A DNA stretch of 63,523 nucleotides, the filler included, from Octopus bimaculoides (Eukaryota): assembly GCF_001194135.2 (NCBI RefSeq). It is 9 parts of 9 records of this genome, joined end to end, with 100 filler letters (N's around TTAATTAATTAA, not from the genome) between each part and the next. Parts side by side here need not be neighbours in the genome. Positions count along the whole stretch, not along the records: positions 10,574 to 17,802 come from NC_068983.1; positions 17,903 to 34,480 come from NC_068984.1; 7 more parts are not named here. One strand, written 5' to 3'. Below are positions 12,478 through 23,055 of the stretch, piece by piece. The position numbers and the translations under genes were made by a program. The notes below the pieces were generated by a model. That model was not told the origin of the DNA. It saw only the letters and a program-made list of their open reading frames with translations, and did no database searches. The first letter of the stretch is position 1. The number at the start of each line of letters is the position of its first letter.

Positions 12478-15213
12478 CACTAGTCAAAAAAAAAAAAAAA
12501 TTTTTTGAAAGGGTGTCGAGACACCAAACATCTTCTTTTAGCTAATTTGAGGGCGCTTAACCTGAAAATGACCTTACTCTTTCTTGGTTAGCTACCGTTT
12601 TATGCAGTACAGAAATGCCTCGTTTTTGAAAAAAAAAAAGTTTTTTTTCCGTTTAATTTTTGTATATTTGATATTGATCGATGGCAATATTTCTCAAAGT
12701 AAAATCGTAGAAACCTCTCAATTCGTATTTAAACCAACAAATATTGGTCTGCTTATTGAGAAATACTATTCTAACAATAACAATCAGGCCTTAAGTTTTT
12801 AAAAATAACACAATTGAATATACAAAGACCAACAAGTATTTTCATCAAATCATTAAACAAATTAACAGCAGAAATAAAACCTTCGTGAACACAAGAATTA
12901 TGGCAAACATTTTCTCTTTCTCGATTGTCTGTCATGTTCAATGTTATTTAAGTCCCTTTTGATACTCCTGCAGTAGTCAACCATCATTCGTTTATCCCAC
13001 CGACCCTGGTAGCGCTCTTCCATTGTTTTGATATTTCCTTGCTCATCACTCACATCACCACAATTATCCGGAAATTTATCTAGATGGCTATGTAAAAAAT
13101 GAACCTTAATACTCATATTAGCACCAATGTCCTGTAGACTTTTCCAAAGCTTTTCCACTAACTCCTTGTAGTTTTCGACCCGACGATTGCCTATGAAGTT
13201 TTCACCACGTCAACAAACGATGTCCAAGCGCGTAATTCCAAGTCATTCATTGAATTAACAAATTCATCATCCTTAATGAGTTTCCTGATATCAGGACCAT
13301 CAAACACGCCTGCTTTGAGTTTTTCGGTGCTATGTCCTGGAAACGATTTACATATATACTCAAAGCATTTACTTTCTTTGTCGAGTGATTTTACATACTG
13401 TTTCATTAATCCGAATTTGATATTCAAGGGAGGGAAGAGGATTTTTTCTTTCGGAACTAGCGCTGCACTAATAACCTTAATTTTGCTCTACTGTTCCACA
13501 TACACAAAAATACATGAGAATTTCGTGTAGCCACTTTGTTGACCAAGCAGGAAGTTTACCATTTTCAAATCGACACATAACACGCATTTATGTTTGGTGT
13601 AGTCATTCTGTTCCATAATCTGTTTGATGGCATCATGTTTTTCTTTCAGTGTTGTTGAATGACCTATAGGTATTGGCGCTTACATGTTGGTATTATGGAG
13701 CAAAACGCATTTCAAACTACGTTTTGAACTATCAATGAACAATCTCCATTCATCAGGATCGTATTTGTGGACGCCTAGTCGAAGAAGAACGCTCTCAACG
13801 TTATTGCAATGAACAAGATCCGTGTTCTCATTAAAGAATGGTACAAATTTGGCATCCCTATTTCGATAGAATGTTACCTTTGTGCCTTTTGCTAACAGGT
13901 GTTTTTCGTTGAGCCTAGAGACCAAAAGTTCTGCTGATTCTTTGCTTAGATTTAAGTATCGAACCAAATCATTCAGCTCATTTTGGTTAAACAGCTCTGG
14001 CACGGTTTCGGGAACATAGTCGGGATCGTTTTCGCTGTGTCTATCATTTACATTAGTATCAGACTAGTCACTTTCAACAAGTTTCAACAAATTTTCGTGA
14101 AAAACTGGGATTGGCAAATCATCTGAATGCGGCACTGGTCGAATAGCGGAATGAAGACTGGGATAGTCGATAGAGCTGCGTTTCTTTTGGTTCAGTCCCG
14201 CAACACTGACTGAGCAGAAGTAACATAGGTTAGAGTGATTCTTTGGCTCACACCAGATCTTAGGAATAGCGATTCTCAGCAATTTTCGGGTACCTGAAGT
14301 CCACTGCCTCGTATGTTCCAAACATGTCTTGCAAAAAATGTGAGGGGCTCATGATTTGTCCTGATCACCAAGCTCGACGTGAAAGTAAGCACGATAGGCT
14401 TTCTTGTAAAAGTAAGATATCTTTTGGTGTGAACTCGCCGCATGTATAGCAAAATAAGTTGGCATCATTTTTGCATCCTCTCGTTGAAGCCATGTCATTT
14501 GATATCTATCTCTATGATTAAAAAAGAACATTTCACTTTGTCCTACGGAAAGACTCGTAAAGCTGTCAATAATAAAAGACAGAAAGAGTCGTTACGCTGA
14601 TTCTACTTCGTATCTTCGTAATCCCGCGTGGAGGGTAGATGTTATGGTGAAACCATTTTCATGATGTTCATCATATACAATGGAATAGGGATGTCTTTAG
14701 TTGGAGTTTTTTTCCTCACTGTAAAAACAAAAGCTCTTAATGTGCTTGGTTTCCTTCCGTATTGAAGGGATAAAGTGATGGGATAAATTTATGAATATCA
14801 AACAGATTTTAGGGTTGCATTTTTTTGATGTCACCTTGGTTTACTAACATGTATTACTGATAAATTTGATCAGTTAATTTGAATTTTGGCAATAAATTGG
14901 GAAAATTCGGTACTTCTGTTTTAAAAGTTTTGACTCAAAAACACCTTTTTTCTTATAGAAATAGTTTATTTCAGGTGGCTGACATAAATTGCTCGGCCTA
15001 CCTGAAAATTCATGGGTTTCTACTACCATTTTAAACTAAATTTTGCGGTCGACCAAGATCATAAATCAATCTTTTTTCCAAAAATGAGCAATTTCAGTAC
15101 AGCAAAAACGGTAGCTAACCATGAAAAACTAAGGTCATTTTCGGAATCAGCACCATCAAATTAGCTAAAAAACATGTTTTGTTTCTTGGCACCAAAAATC
15201 GTTTTGACCNNNN
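12478..15213 (-). mobile_element. Chapaev3-type (CMC superfamily) DNA transposon with long imperfect TIRs
   Basis: The left end TTA|CACTAGTCAAAA... (12475-12650) is the inverted match of 15065-15209 (...AGCTAATTTGA...AAAATGACCTTA...GGTTAGCTACCGTTTT...). The last ~4 nt of the right end fall in a 10-N gap. Internal transposase pseudogene. Confidence 0.85.
12898..14493 (-). pseudogene. Chapaev3-like transposase (disrupted)
   Basis: MASTRGCKNDANLFCYTCGEF..., AYFHVELGDQDKS*APHIFCKTC, WCEPKNHSNLCYFC, LFIDSSKRSLKCVLLHN, VDLKM, NIKFGLMKQYVKSL, KVHFLHSHLDKFP..SDEQG...YQGRW...DYC. Several stops and frameshifts. Confidence 0.88.
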
Positions 15214-15320
15214 NNNNNNCTATAAATCGATACGTTTAACTTTAACTTAGTTTAATAAATTATATTATAAAATACCTTCTACATATTCATGAGAAACGTG
15301 CTTAGTAGAATTTACGGCAA

Positions 15321-15551
15321 GGTGGCGAGCTGGCAGAAACGTTAGCACGCCGAGCGAAATACTTAGCGGTATTTCGTCTTTCGTTACGTTCTGAGTTCAA
15401 ATTCCACCGAGGTCGACATTGCCTTTCATCCTTTCGGGGTCGATAAATTAAGTACCAGTTACGCACTGGGGTCGATGTAATCGACTTAATTTCTTTGTCT
15501 GTCCTTGTTTGTCCTCTCTATGTTTAGCCCCCTGTGGGCAGTGAAGAAATA
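15321..15551 (+). mobile_element. tRNA-derived SINE, family A, full length with 14-bp TSD
   Basis: A-box-like TGGCGAGCTGG and B-box-like GAGTTCAAATTCC. TSD AGAATTTACGGCAA (15307-15320) / AGAATTTATAGCAA (15552-15565). Confidence 0.93.
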
Positions 15552-15974
15552 AGAATTTATAGCAATCTCAATGATGCTGTCACCTGTGTAGGAAGCTTTA
15601 TATACATCTTTACTATTTGATAATTTTATATCTACTAAGCATTCTTTAATGCTTATATTTACAGATGCTAGTGATAAAACGTGAAGTATCGACAGATTCA
15701 AATTTCAAGTAGATTTAACATATAATTAATTATTTATGATAATAATACTATACCGATGGTAGATTTTTTGAATATCATAAACATGCGTGAATACATGAAA
15801 AGTTAGTTACCTTCTTCTTATATAAGATGAAGTATCAATATTTCAATATTAATATTTAATATCATATTCAATATTTACATTATTTAATATTTAAATTATT
15901 TTTTTAGTTAACGGTAAAAATTATCTAAATTTTATAATAATTTTAACCGTAAATGCAAGAAAGGTAATGCTCTT

Positions 15975-16565
15975 AGAATAAATGGTGGTAAGAAAGGTGT
16001 ACTTGAGTCGTCCAGGGGAAACAACCCAAACTGAATCTTATCTCAACCTCTTGCATATAGATAATATAGCAAATAGTAATTATACTGAAGTTAATGGTAT
16101 AAAACAGAATAATAATACAAGTATTAATGAAAATATATTTTGTGATTGGAAGGTTAGAAGTAAATGTTTGTCTAAAAATCATTGCAAACAAAAAAAAAAA
16201 ATGTCATTTGCAGATGTAAAGTAAAATCTGAAGGTAAGAATTTCTTTTACGAAGGGGTAACGCAAAATTTTATCAAGTGGACAATATCTAACCTCATTTA
16301 CACCTTTAATAATAGGAACAAGTCTTCTAGTACCAGCCTCAGTAAATTCATTTGGGGCTTAAAAGACAAGAATAAAAGCTTTTCTGTGGAGTGGGAAATT
16401 ATAAGCAAGGCTACTGCTTATAAGATTGGAAATCCTTTGTTTTCTCTGTCTTGAAGAATTGTACCAAATCCTTTTTTCCAGGCGGCACCTCTTAAATACG
16501 AGAATTGAGACTAACTTTTCACGTGTTCACGCATGTAAATGGTCTCTCAAAAACTACCATAAGGT
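15975..16565 (+). pseudogene. Penelope-like RT-EN linker and GIY-YIG endonuclease remnant
   Basis: FCDWKVRSKCLSKNHCKQK/NVICRCKV...FYEGVTQNF...SLSKFIWGLKDKNKSFSVEWEIISKA...CFLCLEE...LLNTRIE. This matches the PLE C-terminal pattern (Cys linker, GIY/YIG equivalents, LSKYIW-LKD, CxLCLxE). Frameshifted. Confidence 0.82.
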
Positions 16566-17068
16566 ATTTTATTTTCATAAATTAATCAGTTATATTAAAA
16601 CTACTAGTATTTTGAATCAGTCGGCATTTTATCTTCAGCACTTCTATAACTCTTAAGAATTAAATAATTCTTAGTAGGTATCATAAATATTAAATATTAT
16701 GTTAGATATCCGTATTAAAATATCAATACTTCATCTTATATATGAGGAAGGTAAATGATTTTTCATGCATTCACATATGCTTATGGTATTCAAAAGCACT
16801 ACCATCGGATATAATATTATTACTATAAATAATTAATTATATGTTTAAACTACTTGAAATTTGACTCTGTTGATACTTCACGTTTTGTTACACTAACATC
16901 TGTATGAAAGAATGCTTAGTAGATATACAATTATGAGATGGTAAAGATGTATATAAAGTTCCTACACAGGTGACAGTATCATTGAGATTGCCATAAATTC
17001 TATTAAGCACGTTTCTCATGAATATGTAGATGATATTTTATAATATCATCATATAACAATATATAATA

Positions 17069-17780
17069 TTTGACAAATGTCAAAAAGCTTTTGAAGAAAT
17101 TAAAAACGTCATAACGTCGAAATTACCGTTATCACATTTTGACCCGAATTTAGAAATAGTGGTGGCAGCAGATGCTAGTGAAAGTGGTATTGGAGCTCTG
17201 ATTTTACACAAACTTGAAGATGGCAGCCTGAAAGCAGTAGCTCATGCTTCACGTTCATTATTACCATCTGAGAAAAGTTACAGTCAAATAGAAAAAGAGT
17301 CATTAGTCGTCATAGTTGCGGTTATAAAATTCCATAAATTTATACATGGAAGAAGGTTCCGTCTACAGACAGATTACCGCCCATTATTGTCGTTCTGTGG
17401 ATAAAAAAAAAGAGTATTTCCCCACACACAGCCAACAGATTGCAGCGCTGGGGAACGATCCTACTGAATTACGACTTGAAAATGGAGTATTTGCCATCGA
17501 AAAAAATGGGATATGCAGATGGTTTGTCAAGGTTACTGCCAAAATACAGTGAACCACGAGAAAGCACAGTGATAGCGGCGTTAAAAGCCGAAAATGAAAT
17601 AAAAATATATTGTGCAATGTTGTGCGTGAATTACCTGTGACATTTGAGGAAATAAAAATTAAGGCGGAGACGGACGAGTTTATCATGAAATTGAAAAAAA
17701 AAAAAAATAGTGAGATCAGAAGAAACAAATAACAAAAATACGTGTGGTTGGACGTAAGACAGTTTCAAATTTGTATTTGA
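17069..17780 (+). pseudogene. Ty3/Gypsy LTR-retrotransposon pol fragment (RT connection/RNase H)
   Basis: CQKAFEEIKNVIT...HFDPNLEIVVAADASESGIGA...AHASRSLLPSEKSYSQIEKE...FRLQTDYRPL...ANRLQRWGTILLNYD...GYADGLSRL. Contains stops and frameshifts. Confidence 0.93.
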
Positions 17781-17910
17781 TATGTGATAATGTGCTTATG
17801 TANNNNNNNNNNNNNNNNNNNNNNNNNNNNNNNNNNNNNNNNNNNNTTAATTAATTAANNNNNNNNNNNNNNNNNNNNNNNNNNNNNNNNNNNNNNNNNN
17901 NNTATATATG

Positions 17911-17944
<34 letters not shown>

Positions 17945-19092
17945 TGTATGTATCTATGTATGTATGGGCATACACATATATATATATCTATATATATATA
18001 TATATGTATATATATTTAGGTATGTCTGAATATAAATGCATACGTTTACTTATGCACGTATTGTTGTATGTATGTCTGTACGTAAACTCGTCTTTAATAT
18101 TTGCGTTATGTTAGACTGTATATATATATTATTAGATTGACTGCGCACTTTAACTACGTTTCTACTGTTCTGTTACATATTTTATATATTTTATGGATAA
18201 ACAGTCTCTGCTCCACTCTGGATACACACATCTCCGAATCCATTCATTTATTGTAGTAGTAATCTTCACAAGTGCATATATATATATAGGTGAGACCGAA
18301 TCTCGTCACAACTCGCGCGTTGGGCTATCTTCGCGTGAACGCACATACACTTCACCTAATTCCGCTTAAACGAATACGCAGCTGCTCACCGTATTTTTAA
18401 TCACTTCTCTCTTAGATGAATGTGTTTCAAGAAACACATGCATATAACCGGTGTTGTGAAATATAGATATATTTTTTTTTGATACATTAACGTAACTGCA
18501 GGTATGCGCCAGTTTGTGTGTGGGTTTATATGTGTCTGCGCATATGTGGTGTGATGCTGTGTGTATGTATTTGTGTGTGTATGTCTGTGTATGTCTGTGT
18601 GTGTCTGTGTGTTTGTGTGTGTGTGTGTGTGTTATGTGTGCGTGCCTGTGTATCTAAACGTTAAAATATATACGTTATATAAACGTTAAAATATATTGAA
18701 GACACGAATATATTCCTTCTGATTCTTTTATATTTCACATGATATTTCATATACCTATATTAATTCTCTCCGTTCATCTTAGAGCAATAACCTTCCTAAA
18801 TTTATCAGAGTTTTTAGATCCTTTCCGCCTTCTCATGTAAATGAAATGATAAGACGTTGTTACTACATTTGTAAAAGGTATAAACGAAGCATAGAAATGT
18901 TTCCACTGTTTAAAGCATCATGAACGGGTTTAGAATCGTTTAACGGTTAACTCTTGCTTACTTTCATAGTTTGTTTCACGTCTGCCGTAGCTAAGTATTG
19001 ATTTTTGATATTAGTGTATATTTTACAGTTAATCTCCTTGGGTTTTGTGAATGTAATTCAGTGTATGTGCATATCTGTGTGCATGAACGTGC

Positions 19093-19095
<3 letters not shown>

Positions 19096-19184
<89 letters not shown>
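19096..19184. repeat. (GT)n microsatellite
   Basis: Directly visible. Confidence 0.97.
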
Positions 19185-19187
<3 letters not shown>

Positions 19188-19480
19188 TGTGGGTCTGACT
19201 TGTCTGGAAAAGCGTTGGCACGCAGTGGAAACTCTAAAGTAACAGACCACTGATCCAACTTATATAAACTATCGCTCTGTACGTATTATTGAATATTCCT
19301 TCTCCGGATCTTTGCCCAGCAACTGGTGCTTATATATGCGTATATTTACTATGTATGTCTGTATTGTATGCATGTATGTATGTATGTATGTATGTATGTA
19401 TGTATGTATGTATGTATGTATGTTTGTATTGTTGAATTGAACAGAAAACAAAATTAACAGTTGTTTCAGAAATATTTGAA

Positions 19481-19554
19481 ATATTCCACTACGTACGTTT
19501 CGGTGATCAATAACCAATAAACCGGATTACTGAAGATGTCATCAGATGGAGTAT
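19481..19554 (-). ncRNA. Decayed minimal type-I hammerhead ribozyme motif (PLE-type)
   Basis: The minus strand reads ATACTCCAT-CTGATGA-...-GAAAC-GTAC-GTA|GTGGAATAT. Core boxes are intact, stem I pairs 8/9, and stem III has a palindromic loop and a GUA triplet. Stem II closing pair is defective. Confidence 0.6.
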
Positions 19555-20344
19555 CTTGAAATGCAAAATCCATTGTAATATTTTCTTAATATATAGTAAT
19601 AGGAAATGAATCGTGCTTCAACCAAGAAGAGAAAATATTATAAGTATTAAGTAATTGACTGAATAAGTAATTGACTGAAGCTATTATTACAGCGTTTGCG
19701 TGGGGCCAGTGCAGCCATTTCATGTTTCATTTTTATATAATATCTCATTTTCATTCGTTTTATGCTTTTGTCCACACTGTGGTGATGTGTCTGTCTTTGT
19801 AGTGTCCCCTCTGCGTTGTGACCGTAGCGCCAAAATAAAGAAACATTGGCGGGGGTTTGCACTCTCTGATTTCTCTTGTTTATATTTGTTTTTGATTATA
19901 TGTGTTATTATTTTTGGTTCTTCCTTCCATACTTTGACCCCTTACTGCCTAAACATTTTTATGCCTCAAGTTACGTATGAACCTATTATTCATCAAACTA
20001 CAGTGCACCAATGATGTTGGGTGTATAATGAACTGCGACCGAATTTTAACAGTTGTGTTATGTTTCTTTTCTCTCCCCTAACTCAAATTAGAATAGAATA
20101 GTGTTTTTTAATGGTTAAAATGGCGGTGTTTGAGCCTAATAGTCTGCCTGCTTTTCTCACCTAACTTTAATCAATTGAATCCCAAACTGAATCATAATAT
20201 TTTCTGTAATGGCTACCATGAGTCCGGTCGTTGACACTTTTTCTTTGTTATGACACAAATTGGTGCTTTTAATGTTCGGTACCACTTACAGGAAATAAAG
20301 AGCAGAAGGAAATAAAACAGACCTGTTGCTTGTTTTTGTTTTTT

Positions 20345-20381
<37 letters not shown>

Positions 20382-20454
20382 CTCCTGTTTTGTTTTATTC
20401 GACGCTTTCACTATTCTGCCATTTCGCTGACTTAATTACTTGTTCTAATATGTA

Positions 20455-20670
20455 CTACTCTTTTCTACTCTAGTAACAAGTTTTGAAATTTGGTCGAAAG
20501 CGGGCTAGTCCAATAGATCAACTCCCCCCATTCCTGCACACCATGTTCGACTGGTATTTATTTTATCGACATAATAAGGATGGAAGGAGAAGTTGACCTC
20601 AGTGTAAATCGAGGAAACGTCGTGAAGCTTTTTGCGCTTCGCGCTAAACATTCCTGCTACCTCACCGCCA
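20455..20670 (-). mobile_element. Family-A SINE, strongly diverged
   Basis: ACTGGTATTTATTTTATCGAC...AAGGATGGAAGGAGAAGTTGACCTC similar to other family-A copies. Confidence 0.65.
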
Positions 20671-21579
20671 TTTTTATGACATGTCTTAATAATATAAGAT
20701 ATTAAAAAGAAATAACAAATTAAAACATGAACATAATAGTGTAATGCGTCCTTGATGCTATTGTTGTGTCGTTGTTTAACCCCAGGATAGATCTGACAGA
20801 GTAGAACCTCGATGAAAAACATTGCAGCCATGATCACCCTGCTATAATGTATTTAAGGGTACATTATGCTCAATACACAGATCCCCCTTTTGTAAAAAGG
20901 TATACTATGACTTAAAGGGTATTTAGCTGCTGTTTATAACTGGCCAAACCATCAAATAGAGCGGCGGACGTTTCCAGAGAGATCTATACTCCCCTTCACG
21001 GGGCGTGAAGAACCATAAATAGTGATGTGCGCAACACATACATTTTAAGTTTCATTAAAGCCACTATTTTTATCACGAAGAATAAAATTTAGGGCGGAAT
21101 TAAGTACCCGAATATTCTATATGGGCGTTCCGCAAATCAAATTGGCAGACTATATCTTACAGACTACTTCCATGTCACGTGTATGTGTGTTTTAATGGCT
21201 GTATTGATTCTCGGCCAATGCAAATGATCTATAGCATGTCGGCCTGTTTGGTTTTACAAAATGTTTTACAAAAAGCATTATGGTACTAAAACTGATAGGA
21301 TTATGATGGAGATCACGGCTCATTGCTGTTGTGACACTGTCGCCACAACGATAATACCATTGAGTTATGTCCAGATCGATATTAATCTCTATAGTAAAAT
21401 AGTAACCCACCACTTGTTACTATATACATATACGTATATAATGGATGTATACATATATATAGATATTTATATGTATATATATATATATATGATTGCATTA
21501 ATACATACATATAAATACATACTTATATATATATTGTATACACATATCTATGGATATATACACACCTCTCTCTCTCACT

Positions 21580-21616
<37 letters not shown>

Positions 21617-21748
21617 CCTCATTATATATATATGTGTGTGTGTGTGTGTGCATGTCTATGTGGGTATGTATATAGATATAGATATATCTGTGTGTGTGTA
21701 TGTATATATATATATATACATGTGTGTGTGTGTGTGTGTGTATACATA

Positions 21749-21811
<63 letters not shown>

Positions 21812-22163
21812 CGCATATAAATCAGAAAAAGTGTGCATGCATAAAACGTGAATGGCAAGTTGTGTAAGAAGTTTAATGATACTCTATCGATCTGTTGCTA
21901 CCTTAGTTCGGCCAAAATACAGGAATGGCCATGATCTACTCATAGATCTGTCAGTATTATAAATTCCCTGACATTAAAAAATTGATATTGGGCTCCAAAT
22001 GTCGCCATATAATAGAATTTCTCAGTATATATTGATTTAAATTGCGAACAACCGGATATCATAATAAATAACAGGAGAAAAATGGCATCATTGTTAATAG
22101 ATATAGCTATTACCATTATCATAGGCAGCATCACAATCATCAACATTCTCCTCCTCCTCCTCC

Positions 22164-22200
<37 letters not shown>

Positions 22201-22353
22201 TGCTCTGAAGAAACACAAAATCAATGTAGGATTTTATTGTATAATAAATTAAAAGAAACTCAACTGAAATATCCATATTATTCGTTTATTCCCTCACCGG
22301 CTTCAATCATTGGACTGCGACCACATTGACTTCACGATTTTAATCAATGACAC

Positions 22354-22900
22354 TGTTACAGCTATTTATTTTAACGGTCTCGGTTAGAGAATGCGTGGGC
22401 TAAGATTACGCGCCCTCCATTGGTCAGTTAAAGTTTAGACAGTGTCACGTGACAACCTGCTGGGGCTGCCTGCTGGAGCCTAGCAGCGGGTAAGACTACG
22501 CGCCCTCCATCGGTCAGTTAAAGTTTAGACTGTGTCCCGTGACAACTTGCTGGGGCTGCCTGCTGGTGACTAGCAGCAGGTATTTAAAAGGGAAATTTGA
22601 CAAGACAGTCAGCCAGCCGCTGACACTTGCTGACGCTGCATCGAAGAGGCCAGGGAACAGAAGAAAGAAGACATGCACTCAACACCAGAGCTGAAGGCAC
22701 CTCCGAAAGAGGGGGGGTCCGCCACGTCAAAATGGTAGAGGAGTAGGGGCCGAAACCGGACGTGGTTCCTCCTGATGATGTCTTGAGCTAACTGGATCCT
22801 ATATAGGAGCTGGTGTGGTAGCAGACCACGAAATATGGTTGAAATTCCTGGTTCTTAGTTTTATAAACTCTTAATAATCGAATGGTTTAGTTAAATTTTA
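22354..22900 (+). mobile_element. LTR-like / promoter-like GC-richer segment with a 90-bp tandem duplication
   Basis: Starts TGTTACA. Units 22401-22490 and 22491-22580 are followed immediately by TATTTAAAAG. No matching ...CA end or TSD was found. Confidence 0.45.
22401..22590 (+). promoter_or_regulatory. Putative Pol II promoter module: duplicated CCAAT/E-box unit plus TATA-like box
   Basis: ATTGG (reverse CCAAT) near 22419, palindromic GTCACGTGAC at 22444-22453, TATTTAAAAG at 22581-22590. Confidence 0.35.
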
Positions 22901-23012
22901 AAATTAAGAATGGCGAATCAGTTGATACTCAGGCAAACTACCCCCCAATACACGTATGCACCCACACGCAGGCACATACACACGTACATGCATACAGATA
23001 GATAATATATAC

Positions 23013-23055
<43 letters not shown>

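Larger units (their letters stand above)
15262..17046 (+). mobile_element. 5'-truncated Penelope-like retroelement with inverted terminal duplication
   Basis: A GIY-YIG remnant lies between inverted arms 15262-~15850 (minus the SINE) and ~16712-17046. Example match: CTACATATTCATGAGAAACGTGCTTA...TGTCACCTGTGTAGGAA...TTACCTTC...TATAAGATGAAGTAT. Confidence 0.8.

Noticed and set aside
16995-17060. Hammerhead in the PLE inverted arms (ATGATGA...GAGAAACGTG on -)
   Set aside because: The first box is imperfect and absent from the left arm, and position 17 would be G, which is non-cleavable.
18416-18501. Exon-like segment with strong acceptor and CAG|GTATGC donor, starting DEC like an EGF exon
   Set aside because: All three frames contain stops. 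The internal ATGTGTTTC-AA-GAAACACAT hairpin has no further support.
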